The notes beneath the pieces are model-generated. The model made no database searches and was not told the origin of the DNA. It saw nothing but the letters and a program-made list of their open reading frames with translations. Shown here in pieces: positions 7,950-17,323 of a DNA stretch of 29,061 bases (the first letter of the stretch is position 1; every line of letters starts with the position of its first letter). The translations under genes were made by a program, and so were the position numbers. This stretch comes from a virus (lineage: Duplodnaviria; Caudoviricetes): positions 1 to 29,061 of the IMG/VR virus record IMGVR_UViG_3300037590_000053; one strand, given 5' to 3'.

Positions 7950-8303
7950 CTGGCGGAGCGACACGCCTGCGTCGGTGTCCGGTGCTCAACTATCGAGGTA
8001 CTCCACAGCGGTGGTGGTGGCGGCAGTGCCACCTTCATCGATGCAGTGCTGCGGGATCGCGAAGAAATCGAACGGATCCGCAGGCACATCAGTGCTGGCA
8101 CATCGATGGCCGTGCGCAAGATCCGCCCGTCCAAACGCGGTTCACGCGTGAACATCACGGATTGGCAGCTGGTGGATATGGTGTGTCTGGAGGATAAGCC
8201 AATTAGCGCGGTACTACGGGCACATGGGTGGAGTGTCCGGGGACAGACATCCGGTGCAGTGCGACAGGCGTTGGCTGAGGTGTTGGATCGGATGGGGACG
8301 TGA
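7950..8303 (+). pseudogene. Direct repeat copy 2: 5'-truncated duplicate of the late-regulator 3' end
   Basis: Encodes ERHA..GVRCS..GGGG..FIDAVLRDREEIERIRR...LAEVLDRMG as in 5233..5967; upstream part of ORF 7836..8303 is unrelated. Confidence 0.85.
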
Positions 8304-8454
8304 TGGTTGAAATCAGCCCATCGGAGACACCCCCTAGAGCAACGGGGAACGGGAACCTGCCGGCAGATTGGGCGGGGAGCGCCAGTTCGCTACGCCGACT
8401 CGCAGAATTCTTCCGCGCGAGCTCTCTCTCATGCTGGAGTATGGGAACTTACCG

Positions 8455-8483
8455 TTGTGCAGGCTCGTGGGGGCGAATAAGAT
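8455..8483 (+). promoter_or_regulatory. Putative sigma70 promoter of the DUF262-HEPN operon
   Basis: TTGTGC-N17-TAAGAT upstream of GAGGA RBS and ATG 8511. Confidence 0.45.
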
Positions 8484-8510
8484 GTTTGCCAATGCGATTG
8501 AGGATGGCAC

Positions 8511-9698
8511 ATGACTGTTGATGTTGATTTTGGGAACGAAGAAGAAGCCGGGGGTGAGCCGGACCAGTTGGCGCAGATTGATCCGGAAGAATTTCTGGCC
8601 CAAAATACGTTTCGGATTGTCTATCAGTCGAACAATTTCTTCCTGCCTCAAATTAGACACATGATCGAAGCGGGTGACGCCATAAATCTTCGCCCTGAAT
8701 ACCAACGCAGACTGCGTTGGAGCAATGGCCAAAAGTCGAAGCTTATTGAATCCCTTCTGCTTAACATCCCTATCCCGCCCGTGTTCTTTTACGAGAGCGA
8801 CGCTGCCAGGTATGAAGTTATGGACGGGCAGCAGCGGATGAACGCTATTCGTGAGTTTTTCTCCGGAGATTTCCGTCTCAGCGGATTAAAAGTTCTTACT
8901 CCACTCAATGGCCTGACTTACTCCAAATGCCCTCCCCGGGTTAAGCGCACACTTGATCGCGCATCTATTTCCGCGATTGTGCTATTGATGGAAAGCGAGA
9001 GAGAGAAACCTACCCAAGGACAGTTGTCGCTCACCGATATTCGTCGCCTCGTCTTCGATCGACTGAATACGGGTGGGATGAAGCTCAACCCCCAGGAAAT
9101 TCGGAACGCCCTCAATCCCGGACCGTTCAACGAAGCCATCATCCGACTAAGCAGGATGAAGAAATTCACCGATGTCTTCGGCATCCCCGCCTATACTGAA
9201 AATGATGTTGAAGACTTCTATGAGAATCCGACACGGCAAAAAAATTCGCTTTATTCGTCTATGCGAGACTGTGAGTTGATCCTCCGCTTTTTTGCGTTGA
9301 AGGATGAGGAAAACATTCGAGGCTCCATGAAAGCAATGCTTGATCGAGCAATGGAGGTTGAATACTCCCAAGAGCAGGCAATGGCAGCAGAAGACGAATT
9401 CAGGACGATTTTTGAGTTTTGCTTCAATCTGTTCGATGGAGAACCTTTCGAGATTTCGACCCCGGGGGAAGAGAAATCTAAGGTGTCCGCGGCTCTTTAC
9501 GATGCCTGCATGGTGGCCGCATCTCGCTTGAAAGACAGCTCGGGCGAGATCATGGACGACAAAGAAAATGTTCAAAAACGCCTTGTTGACGCTGTTCAAG
9601 ATGACGAACAATACGAGATCATTGTTGGCAGGGGCAACACAGCGGAAGCAGTGCGGGATCGGATCGATTTACTTCAAAATATACTGCAGCCTACCTGA
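8511..9698 (+). CDS. DUF262 (GmrSD N-terminal/ParB-like) domain protein
   Basis: PEYQRRLRW, LIESLLLNIPIP, EVMDGQQR and FDRLNTGG.KL..QEIRNA are DUF262 signature motifs. Confidence 0.9.
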   Translation: MTVDVDFGNEEEAGGEPDQLAQIDPEEFLAQNTFRIVYQSNNFFLPQIRHMIEAGDAINLRPEYQRRLRWSNGQKSKLIESLLLNIPIPPVFFYESDAARYEVMDGQQRMNAIREFFSGDFRLSGLKVLTPLNGLTYSKCPPRVKRTLDRASISAIVLLMESEREKPTQGQLSLTDIRRLVFDRLNTGGMKLNPQEIRNALNPGPFNEAIIRLSRMKKFTDVFGIPAYTENDVEDFYENPTRQKNSLYSSMRDCELILRFFALKDEENIRGSMKAMLDRAMEVEYSQEQAMAAEDEFRTIFEFCFNLFDGEPFEISTPGEEKSKVSAALYDACMVAASRLKDSSGEIMDDKENVQKRLVDAVQDDEQYEIIVGRGNTAEAVRDRIDLLQNILQPT

Positions 9699-9704
9699 TT
9701 TCAA

Positions 9705-10418
9705 ATGACCGTTTTCTCTGTCATCAAGGATGACTTCCTCGAAGAGCTCGATTCAATCGGTGCGCTGGTCGATGCTTTCGATCAGCCAGGCTCTGTCGCA
9801 AAAACCCGTGTCGCATCAGTGAACTCTTCGGTTCTTCTTCTGGCTGCGACGTTCGAAGAATTCATCAGAGAGATGGCGAAGGAATATGCTCGCTGGGTGG
9901 TCTCTGAGGCGGAAAATGTTGAAGACCTGCCATCTAAGCTCACTGAAACAGCGTGGAAACGGACTCTCGAGGGGCTCGCCAGAGCCAAGCTGAAGATCAA
10001 CGGAACGAGTGTGCTTGAGACAGTGTCCCGGACATCCAAAACAAAGTTCGACGCGGTGTGTGGTTTCATTTCAGGAGATTTATCGCAGGAGATATTTGAC
10101 GATCTCATCCACAATGAAAACAACATGCGATCCGGAGAATTGAACTCAATGTTCAAAGTCAGCGGATTGAGTAACGCCTGCACAAAAATTTGTGAAAGAG
10201 ACGAGATCCAGCATTTTTTCTCCGAAACGGAGGCGGGTGTTGCCCATGGGCTTTTCATCAGCCAGAACGATGAGTTCTTCGAAAGACGAAATGCAATTGC
10301 GCATTCTCTAAATGCTGGAAGCTCTGTTGCTCCAGATCAGGTCCGGACAGACATTGCGTTTTTTAAGGCGACGGCGTTGTCGCTGTCCGCCCTATTGGAT
10401 CAGCTTACAACTTCGTAA
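9705..10418 (+). CDS. HEPN-domain protein (MAE_28990/RiboL-PSP-HEPN-like putative RNase)
   Basis: N-terminal LLLAATFEEFI helix and C-terminal RRNAIAH (Rx4H) motif; 6 bp after the DUF262 gene. Confidence 0.8.
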   Translation: MTVFSVIKDDFLEELDSIGALVDAFDQPGSVAKTRVASVNSSVLLLAATFEEFIREMAKEYARWVVSEAENVEDLPSKLTETAWKRTLEGLARAKLKINGTSVLETVSRTSKTKFDAVCGFISGDLSQEIFDDLIHNENNMRSGELNSMFKVSGLSNACTKICERDEIQHFFSETEAGVAHGLFISQNDEFFERRNAIAHSLNAGSSVAPDQVRTDIAFFKATALSLSALLDQLTTS

Positions 10419-10588
10419 ATAAAATGATACACGCCACAGTGCTCGAAGAAGTATAAAATCTCTGAGCCGCTGCATCGCAGCATTTATGATAGATAAATGT
10501 CGGCTTTGGGCCGGTCGCGTCGATCACTGAGTCGGGCAATACCGACTTTCCCAAGAGCGCCATCTAAGCACCCTCCTCACATCCCCCC

Positions 10589-10621
10589 TTGACGGTTCCG
10601 TCACCGGCGTGCCAGTAAATA
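10589..10621 (+). promoter_or_regulatory. Putative late promoter with palindrome over the -35
   Basis: TTGACG 10589-10594 overlapping perfect inverted repeat TGACGG-TT-CCGTCA (10590-10603); -10 not canonical. Confidence 0.45.
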
Positions 10622-10637
10622 TGCATCATCACTGATT

Positions 10638-10666
10638 GCGCCCACGGGAAACCGTCGGGCGCTTTT
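10638..10666 (+). terminator. Intrinsic terminator-like hairpin upstream of the late operon (tR'-like)
   Basis: GCGCCC-ACGG-GAAA-CCGT-C-GGGCGC-TTTT. Confidence 0.65.
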
Positions 10667-10684
10667 GCGTTCCGGGGGTATGGT

Positions 10685-11047
10685 ATGACGGCACGGAGCG
10701 AGTATCACCATTTGTACAACCTTTCGGCTTGGCGGCGTCGGTTGCGGCCTGAGCATCTGGCGCGGGAGCCACTGTGCCGGGCGTGTCTGACACGCGGGAT
10801 CTTGAACGATGGCAGCTTGACGGCGTCGGGATCTCGACAGGGGAACCCAAAGCGCTGCCGCCTGGTGGTGGATCATGTGATCCCGCATCGGGGTGATCCG
10901 GCGCTGTTTCTGGATCCGGGCAATTTGCAGACGCTGTGCCCGGATGATCATGATCAGAACAAACAACGGCTGGAGGCGCGCGGGTACTCGGAAGAGCGCG
11001 GCGCGGATGGCTGGCCGGTGGATCCACAGCATCCCGCCAACCGCTGA
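10685..11047 (+). CDS. Packaging-associated HNH endonuclease
   Basis: EPLCRAC, VVDHVIPHRG, NLQTLC..H motifs; immediately upstream of terS as in HK97 gp74. Confidence 0.9.
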   Translation: MTARSEYHHLYNLSAWRRRLRPEHLAREPLCRACLTRGILNDGSLTASGSRQGNPKRCRLVVDHVIPHRGDPALFLDPGNLQTLCPDDHDQNKQRLEARGYSEERGADGWPVDPQHPANR

Positions 11048-11059
11048 CGCAGCGGAGCA

Positions 11060-11150
11060 AATGCCCCGGGGGGAGGGTCCGAAGGAATTCCGGAAGCACT
11101 GGCAACCGGAGGGGGAGCCTTTTTCTGCGCAAAATGGAAATTGAATAGAA
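11060..11150. other. Putative cos region
   Basis: G-run CCCCGGGGGGAGGGTC...ACCGGAGGGGGAG between HNH and terS, the usual cos position in HK97-like phages. Confidence 0.4.
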
Positions 11151-11181
11151 AAAGCCACATGAACAAGGAGTTGATCGGGAT

Positions 11182-11661
11182 ATGCGAGGGCGCAGACCGG
11201 CAGAGGAAAAAGTTGTGGCCCTCGCAGAAGAGGGTGCGCCGCTTCACAATCTGGAAGAGCGGGCGCGGATGCGCCTCGAGGAGATCCGGCCCGAGGGGCT
11301 GAACGGCGAGCTGCGCTGGACCTTTGACCGGCTGGCGCTGCCGCTGTGTCATCCGACCGTCGATCGGCTGAAGCCCAGCAATGTGATGATGTTCAAACAG
11401 CTCTGCAAAGCGGTGCTGCGGTTTGAACGTCTGGAGCTGGAACTGGAGGAGACCGGCGAGACCTATCAGAGCGAGACGCGCAACGGGGTGCAGATCAAGG
11501 CGCGGCCTGAGGTGGCGCAGCTCAATGAGACCTTCCGACAGATCCGTGGGCTGGCCAATGACTTTGGCATGACGCCTGCAGCGGAGCGGGGGCTCTCGGG
11601 CGCGGGCCAGATGGGATTTAACTTCGCCGATCCCAATGGGCCCGAGAGCTATCTGACGTGA
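11182..11661 (+). CDS. terS: Terminase small subunit (P27 family)
   Basis: MRGRRP N-terminus, G.TY.S..RNG...K..PEV..L...FGMTPAA; upstream of terL. Confidence 0.85.
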   Translation: MRGRRPAEEKVVALAEEGAPLHNLEERARMRLEEIRPEGLNGELRWTFDRLALPLCHPTVDRLKPSNVMMFKQLCKAVLRFERLELELEETGETYQSETRNGVQIKARPEVAQLNETFRQIRGLANDFGMTPAAERGLSGAGQMGFNFADPNGPESYLT

Positions 11662-13493
11662 GCGCATCTTGCGTGCGGGTCTCGGCCAGCGAGGATCCGG
11701 TGACAGCCTGGGCGCAAGCGGTTGTGGCCGGTGAGGTTGTGGCCGGGCCTTATGTGCGGGCGGCAGCGGCGCGGCATTTGCGTGATCTGATCGAGGGCCC
11801 CAAGCGCGGGCTCAAATGGGATCTGGCGGCAGCGCTGCGGGCGATCCGCTTCTTTCCGCAGGTGCTACGGCTCAATGGCGGGCAGTTCGAAGGGCGGCCC
11901 TTTGAGCTGCACCCAAGCCAGGCGTTCCGGATCGGCTCGCTCTTTGGCTGGCAAAAATACAGCGCCCAACACGGCGCGTGGCTCCGGCGGTTCACGCGGT
12001 TTTACGATGAGGAAGGCAAGGGCAACGGCAAGTCGCCGATGCTGGGCGGCATTGGCCTTTACATGATGGTGGCCGATGGCGAGCCGCGGGCCGAGATCTA
12101 TGCGGCAGCGGCCAAGAAGGACCAGGCGGGGATCCTGTTCCAGGATGCGGTGGCGATGGTGGATCAATCGCCGGTGCTGAAGCGGACGGTGCAGCAGCAA
12201 GGGGGAAACCCCGTCTGGCAGATGACCTACCGGGGGCGCAGCGGCGACAAGCGCAAGTTCAAACCGCTCTCTGCGGAAAAGGCTCAATCCGGCCCGCGTC
12301 CCCATTGTGCGCTCACCGATGAGGTGCATGAACATCCCAACCGGGATGTGATCGATATGCTGGAGCGGGGCTTTAAGTTCCGCAAACAGCCGCTGTTGTG
12401 TATGGCCACCAACTCCGGCACCGACAAAAAGTCGATCTGCTGGGAAGAGCACCAGCATGGCGTCAATGTGGTGACAGGCGCAGTCGAGGATGACAGCACA
12501 TTCGCCTTCATCTGCTCTTTGGATGAGGGCGATGATTGGGAGAATGACCCGAGCTGCTGGGTGAAGGTGAACCCGCTTTTGGGCGTCACCATCGATGAGG
12601 AATATCTCACCAAGGTGGTGAACCAGGCCAAGATGATGCCGGGCAAGCGCAACGGCATTGCGCGACTGCATTTTTGCCAGTGGACGCAATCGGTGACGGC
12701 TGCGATCCGGCGCGAGGCCTGGGTGGCCTGTCATGGCGATGTGGATCCCGAAGAGCTGACCGCGCAGGGCTATCCCTGTTTTGGCGGGTTGGATCTGAGC
12801 CAGGTGCGCGACTTCTCGGCGCTGACCCTCACCTGGGTGCTCGATGCCACCAAGGACGCCGAGCGCCTGGTCTCCAAGACCTGGTTCTGGACGCCAGAGG
12901 GCACGCTGATGGAGCGGGCGGCGCGCGATCAGGCCCCCTATGATCTCTGGGTGCGGCAAGGGTTTATCGAGGCAGTGCCGGGGGATCGGCTTAAATACCC
13001 CTGGCTGGCCGACGCGCTGGCGGATCTCACCTCGCGCTATCAGCCGGAGGTGATTGCCTGCGATCAGTATGGCCTGGAGCGTCTCAAAGACAGTCTGACG
13101 GAAAAAGGCCTGGTGCTGCCCACGGAGGTGCATCCGCAAGGCTTTCAGAAGCGGGTGCTGGAAAAGGTGCCGGATCCCACCAATCCGGGGCACGAGGTGG
13201 AGATCTATCTGTGGATGCCGGATTCCATCAACAAGCTGGAAAACGCCATCTACGACGGCCGCCAGACCGTGGCGCAGAACCCGCTCCTGGACAGTATGGC
13301 GGCCTCGGTGACCTATGCGGAGAACCGCACAGGGCACCGGATGTTTGACAAGGAAAAGGCCCATGGCCGCATCGACGGCATGGTCTCGCTGGCGATGTCA
13401 GCGGGGATTGCGCTCTGCCGCGAGCGAGCGGGCAAGGAACACTCGCCCTGGGGCGATGAGGACTACTCTTTGGAGGATATGCTGTGGGATTGA
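11658..13493 (+). CDS. terL: Terminase large subunit
   Basis: Walker A GKGNGKS, Walker B LTDEVHE, nuclease GLDLS...D, C-terminal RIDGMVS. Confidence 0.95.
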   Translation: MSASCVRVSASEDPVTAWAQAVVAGEVVAGPYVRAAAARHLRDLIEGPKRGLKWDLAAALRAIRFFPQVLRLNGGQFEGRPFELHPSQAFRIGSLFGWQKYSAQHGAWLRRFTRFYDEEGKGNGKSPMLGGIGLYMMVADGEPRAEIYAAAAKKDQAGILFQDAVAMVDQSPVLKRTVQQQGGNPVWQMTYRGRSGDKRKFKPLSAEKAQSGPRPHCALTDEVHEHPNRDVIDMLERGFKFRKQPLLCMATNSGTDKKSICWEEHQHGVNVVTGAVEDDSTFAFICSLDEGDDWENDPSCWVKVNPLLGVTIDEEYLTKVVNQAKMMPGKRNGIARLHFCQWTQSVTAAIRREAWVACHGDVDPEELTAQGYPCFGGLDLSQVRDFSALTLTWVLDATKDAERLVSKTWFWTPEGTLMERAARDQAPYDLWVRQGFIEAVPGDRLKYPWLADALADLTSRYQPEVIACDQYGLERLKDSLTEKGLVLPTEVHPQGFQKRVLEKVPDPTNPGHEVEIYLWMPDSINKLENAIYDGRQTVAQNPLLDSMAASVTYAENRTGHRMFDKEKAHGRIDGMVSLAMSAGIALCRERAGKEHSPWGDEDYSLEDMLWD

Positions 13494-14785
13494 TGGGGTG
13501 GCGCAGGCGCGTGGTGGTCGAAGGCGCAGGCCCGCCAGAACAGCGCGCCGAGGTGGTGGACAGTGGCGAGGCGGCGATTGCACAGGTGCTCTCCGGCGAG
13601 GTGGGCGAAGGGGTGAGTATGCGCGAGGCGCTGTCGCTTCCGGGCGTCTGGGCGGCGATCAACTTCCTGTCGGCAGCCATGGCCGGTCTGCCGATCGAGG
13701 TCTTTGAGGCCACTGCAGATGAGGGCGGCGACAAGAAGCTCAAGGGCGGTGTGGTGAATGTACTGGGCGCGGCGGTGAATGACAGCACCACGTCGTTCAG
13801 CTGGCGCGAGACCTTCTTTGCCGAGGTCTTTGGCCCCGGGCGCGCCTACACTTACATCGAGCGCAACGCTCAGGGGCGTGTCATCAATCTGTTTCCGATG
13901 GAGTATCACCGCACCACGGTGCGCAAGGATCAGGGGCGGCTCTTTTATGACTACCGCGAGCCTTCGGGGCGGGTGAAGACCTACCCGGGCCGCGATGTGA
14001 TCGACATCGCCTTTTTGCTGAAGCCAGATCATGTTGGCAGCCACAATCCGGTGATGACCTGCGCCAGCGCCATCCGCCAGGGGCTCAATGCCAATCGCTA
14101 TGCGCTGACGGTCTTTGGCAAAAACGGCGTGCCGCCTTATGTGCTGACAGGGCCATTCCAGGCCGCAAAGGAAATGATGCGCTCGGCGGCGGATCTGATG
14201 CGGGTGACGCGGCGGGCGGCGGATGAGGGAAAGCCGGTGCTGCCGCTGCCAGCGGGGCACGAGCTGAAGCGGCTCGGCGATGATCCGGAGAAGATGCAGC
14301 TCACCCCTGTGCAGGTCTTTGCGGTGGGGCAAGTGGCGCGGATCTATCAGCTGCCACCGGTGTTCCTGCAGGAACTCAGCAAGGGCAACTACAACAATAT
14401 CGAGCATCAGGATCTTCACCTGGTCAAACACACGCTGCGGCGCTGGGTGAAGAAGTTCGAACAGGAGCTGACGCTAAAGATCTTCGGGCGCGGCTCCAAA
14501 CGCTATGTCAAACTGAACCTCGACGGCATGATGCGGGGCGACTTCAAGACCCGGATCGAGGCGATTGTCAAAGCGATCCAGAATGGGCTGATGACCCCCA
14601 ATGAGGGGCGCGCGCTGGAAAACCGCCCGCCGCTGCCTGGGGGTGATGTGCTTTTGGTACAGGGCGCCACCGTGCCGATTGAGCTGGCGGGCAAGGCCTT
14701 TGCCAAAGGGGCGGTTGCGCCAGAGCCAGATGACGATGCCGATCCTGACGATCAGGACGGCAACGCGGAACCCAACACAAACTAA
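13484..14785 (+). CDS. HK97-family portal protein
   Basis: VWAAINFLSAAMAGLP, ARIYQLPP, NNIEHQ, RGDFKTR, LMTPNEGRALENRPPLPGGD motifs. Confidence 0.93.
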   Translation: MGLMGWRRRVVVEGAGPPEQRAEVVDSGEAAIAQVLSGEVGEGVSMREALSLPGVWAAINFLSAAMAGLPIEVFEATADEGGDKKLKGGVVNVLGAAVNDSTTSFSWRETFFAEVFGPGRAYTYIERNAQGRVINLFPMEYHRTTVRKDQGRLFYDYREPSGRVKTYPGRDVIDIAFLLKPDHVGSHNPVMTCASAIRQGLNANRYALTVFGKNGVPPYVLTGPFQAAKEMMRSAADLMRVTRRAADEGKPVLPLPAGHELKRLGDDPEKMQLTPVQVFAVGQVARIYQLPPVFLQELSKGNYNNIEHQDLHLVKHTLRRWVKKFEQELTLKIFGRGSKRYVKLNLDGMMRGDFKTRIEAIVKAIQNGLMTPNEGRALENRPPLPGGDVLLVQGATVPIELAGKAFAKGAVAPEPDDDADPDDQDGNAEPNTN

Positions 14786-14796
14786 CGGAGGCTTGG

Positions 14797-15390
14797 ATGA
14801 GCGATCCAACACGCGAGGTGCGCTATTGCGCCGTCGCGCCCATTGAGCTGCGCGAAGACACAGACAAACCGCTGGCGGTCACAGGCTATGCGGCGGTGTT
14901 TGGCGAACGCACTGCCATCGGCCCGCTCGATACATGGGGCTGGGAAGAGGTGGTGGAGGCCGGGGCCTTCAGTGCCGCCCTGGACCGGCGCGATGATGTG
15001 ACCTTTTTGATCGACCATGAGGGCCTGCCACTGGCGCGCACCAGCTCCGGCACATTGAGGCTGTCGCAGGATCAGCGCGGCTTGCGGGTGGAGACGGAGC
15101 TGGACCGGGATGATCCGGATGTGCAGCGGATCCTGCCCAAGATGCGGCGCGGCGATCTCTCAAAGATGAGCTTTGCCTTCATTGCCGAGAAAGAGACCTG
15201 GGATGAGAGCGGCGCGCATGCGCTGCGCAGCATTGGCTCGGTACAGCTCTTTGATGTCTCGATCGTGACCGACCCTGCCTATCAGGGCACAGAGATTGGC
15301 CTTCGCTCCAAAGCGGCGGCTCTTGGCGGTGGCGCGCTCTCTGTGCGCCGCCGGATGCAGATGCGCGGGCGTCTGTCGGGGCTGCGCTGA
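14797..15390 (+). CDS. HK97-family prohead protease
   Basis: GYAAVF, GAF, LIDH, MSFAF, LFDVSIVTDPAY motifs. Confidence 0.93.
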   Translation: MSDPTREVRYCAVAPIELREDTDKPLAVTGYAAVFGERTAIGPLDTWGWEEVVEAGAFSAALDRRDDVTFLIDHEGLPLARTSSGTLRLSQDQRGLRVETELDRDDPDVQRILPKMRRGDLSKMSFAFIAEKETWDESGAHALRSIGSVQLFDVSIVTDPAYQGTEIGLRSKAAALGGGALSVRRRMQMRGRLSGLR

Positions 15391-15463
15391 TCGGCGCTTT
15401 GTCCTGCCCTTTTCCATGCCGCGCCTTGGGCAAGCGCACACCCCCACATCCAATGAGGATATC

Positions 15464-16747
15464 ATGAGCAAGATCAAAGAACTGCGCGAACAGGCGCAAA
15501 AACTTCTCACCGAGGCCACCAGCCTTCGCGATGGGATCACCGACAAAACACCGCTGGAAGAGGCGCGCGCCGCCAATGACAAGTTCGACGCGATGATGGA
15601 TCAATACGACGGGCTCATCAAAGAGGCCGAGCGCGAAGAGCGGGCCATGAAGGCGCAGCGCGAGGCCGAGGAACGCCGCGCGCAGGAAGAGCGTGAAGCG
15701 CGCGAAAGCCGCCGTCCGGGGCAGGATGAGACCCGCCATCAGCCCGATGGGGATGTAAGCGAGGAATACCGCGAGGCCTTCCGGCTTTACCTGGCCACCG
15801 GGGCCGATCTCTCGGAGCTCGATCGCGAAGCGCGCGAGGCCCTGCGCCGGGGCTATCGCGAAGACCGGGCGCAAAACGCGGGCACCGGGGCGCAGGGCGG
15901 CTTTTTGGTACCCACCACTCTGGCGGGCTTTATCAATGTGGCCGCTGCCGCCCATGGCCCGATGATGGATGGGCAGATCGCCACGGAGATCAACCTCGCC
16001 AATGGCGCACCGTTTGACCTGCCGACGGTGGATGACACCACCCAGGAGGCCAATCCGCACAGCGAAGGCGATGAGGGCGTGGATGATGACAGCGGCGACA
16101 TCGCGCTTGGCAAGACCACATTGCTGGCCTATGCGCTGGCCACGCCATGGATCAAATGGTCCTTTGAGCTCGCGCAAGACTCCGCCTTTGGCTTTGAGCC
16201 ACTTCTGGGCAAGCTGATTGGCGAGCGGATCGGGCGCAAAGGCAATGCCTGGCTCACCACCGGCAGCGGCAACAATGAGCCTCTGGGCTTTGTGACCGGC
16301 GCGCCGGTGGGCCATGTGGCAGCCGCCACCAATGCGCTCACCTTCGATGAGATTTTGGATCTCGAGCATTCGGTGGACCCGGCCTATCGCGGTGGGCCCA
16401 AGGTGCGTTACCAGATGCATGATCAATCGGTGAAGGCGCTGCGCAAGCTCAAGGATGGCAATGGCCGCTATCTGTGGTCCGATGGCGATGTCACCAAGGG
16501 TGTGCCCGCCACGCTCAACGGGCGGCCCGTCTCGTTTAACCAGGCGATGGCGCAGATCGGCGCGGGCACCAAACCCATCGCATACGGTGACTTCTCGGAA
16601 TATTACGTGCGCAAGGTGGGCAATCCGCTCCTCGGTGTGGCGCGCGAGAAGTTCTTCCCCAACCTCGCCATCATGGGTGTGCATCGCATCGATGGGGCCC
16701 CGGCACAGACCAAGGCCATCAAGGTCCTTCAGATGAAAGCGGCCTGA
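15464..16747 (+). CDS. Major capsid protein (HK97 fold, N-terminal delta domain)
   Basis: ATG 15464 after GAGGA; coiled-coil N-terminus, GGFLVP, LRKLKDGNGRYLW, IAYGDFS motifs. Confidence 0.95.
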   Translation: MSKIKELREQAQKLLTEATSLRDGITDKTPLEEARAANDKFDAMMDQYDGLIKEAEREERAMKAQREAEERRAQEEREARESRRPGQDETRHQPDGDVSEEYREAFRLYLATGADLSELDREAREALRRGYREDRAQNAGTGAQGGFLVPTTLAGFINVAAAAHGPMMDGQIATEINLANGAPFDLPTVDDTTQEANPHSEGDEGVDDDSGDIALGKTTLLAYALATPWIKWSFELAQDSAFGFEPLLGKLIGERIGRKGNAWLTTGSGNNEPLGFVTGAPVGHVAAATNALTFDEILDLEHSVDPAYRGGPKVRYQMHDQSVKALRKLKDGNGRYLWSDGDVTKGVPATLNGRPVSFNQAMAQIGAGTKPIAYGDFSEYYVRKVGNPLLGVAREKFFPNLAIMGVHRIDGAPAQTKAIKVLQMKAA

Positions 16748-16750
16748 GCC

Positions 16751-17323
16751 ATGGCGATGGAGCGTCTTACCCCACCGGCAGAGATGCCGGTGGATCTCGC
16801 CCAACTGCGCGCGCATCTGCGGCTGGAAGAGGGCGAAGAGGATGGCCACCTGCAGCATTGTCTGGATGTGGCGGTGGCGCAGTTTGACGGCGACGATGGC
16901 GAGCTGGGCCTCGCGCTGGTGCATCAGGTCTGGCAACAGAGCTTTCCCCATGTGCCCGGGGCTGGTGGCTCGGTAGAGCTGATGCTGGGACCGGTGGCCT
17001 CGGTGGATCAGATCGAGGTCTACACGCCTGCGGGCACTTGGGATGTTGTCACATCGCCAGAGCTTTTTGAGCTGGGCGAGCGGTTCTATGTCCAGGCGCG
17101 CAACTGGCCCCGTCCGGGGCGCTGCCCGCTGCCCCTGAAGATCCGCTTTACCGCGGGCTTTGGCACGGCAGCCGATGTGCCCAAGCCCATCTGCCACGCC
17201 ATTCTCTTGTTTGCCGCGCATCTCTATCAGGCGCGGACACCAGTGGTCTTGGAGGGCAAACCGGCAGAGATGCCCCTGTCGATCGCGCATCTGGTGGCCC
17301 CCTATAAAAGCTGGTGGCGGTGA
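16751..17323 (+). CDS. Head-tail connector (gp6-like)
   Basis: PVDLAQLRAHLR, F.AGFG...DVP.PI..AILL..AHLY..R motifs. Confidence 0.85.
   Translation: MAMERLTPPAEMPVDLAQLRAHLRLEEGEEDGHLQHCLDVAVAQFDGDDGELGLALVHQVWQQSFPHVPGAGGSVELMLGPVASVDQIEVYTPAGTWDVVTSPELFELGERFYVQARNWPRPGRCPLPLKIRFTAGFGTAADVPKPICHAILLFAAHLYQARTPVVLEGKPAEMPLSIAHLVAPYKSWWR

Noticed and set aside
7836-8303. Functional 155-aa gene
   Set aside because: No RBS, N-terminal part unrelated, homology limited to the duplicated 3' fragment; treated as a pseudogene, although the retained frame is noted
5614-8308. Diversity-generating retroelement TR/VR pair
   Set aside because: Mismatches are not adenine-specific, are mostly synonymous, and no reverse transcriptase is present
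10496-10554. AAATGTCGG...CCGACTTTCCCAAG as a second IS1380 end forming a composite transposon around the cargo
   Set aside because: Weak similarity and orientation would not enclose the cargo; cannot be supported without a search
15296-15463. N-terminal extension of the capsid protein
   Set aside because: Overlaps the protease gene; a good RBS precedes ATG 15464
15179-17290. 703-aa minus-strand ORF, and similar ones (11865..13364, 13463..14431, 4463..5419, 23244..24206, 24203..25306)
   Set aside because: Antisense shadows of high-GC phage genes with no recognisable motifs
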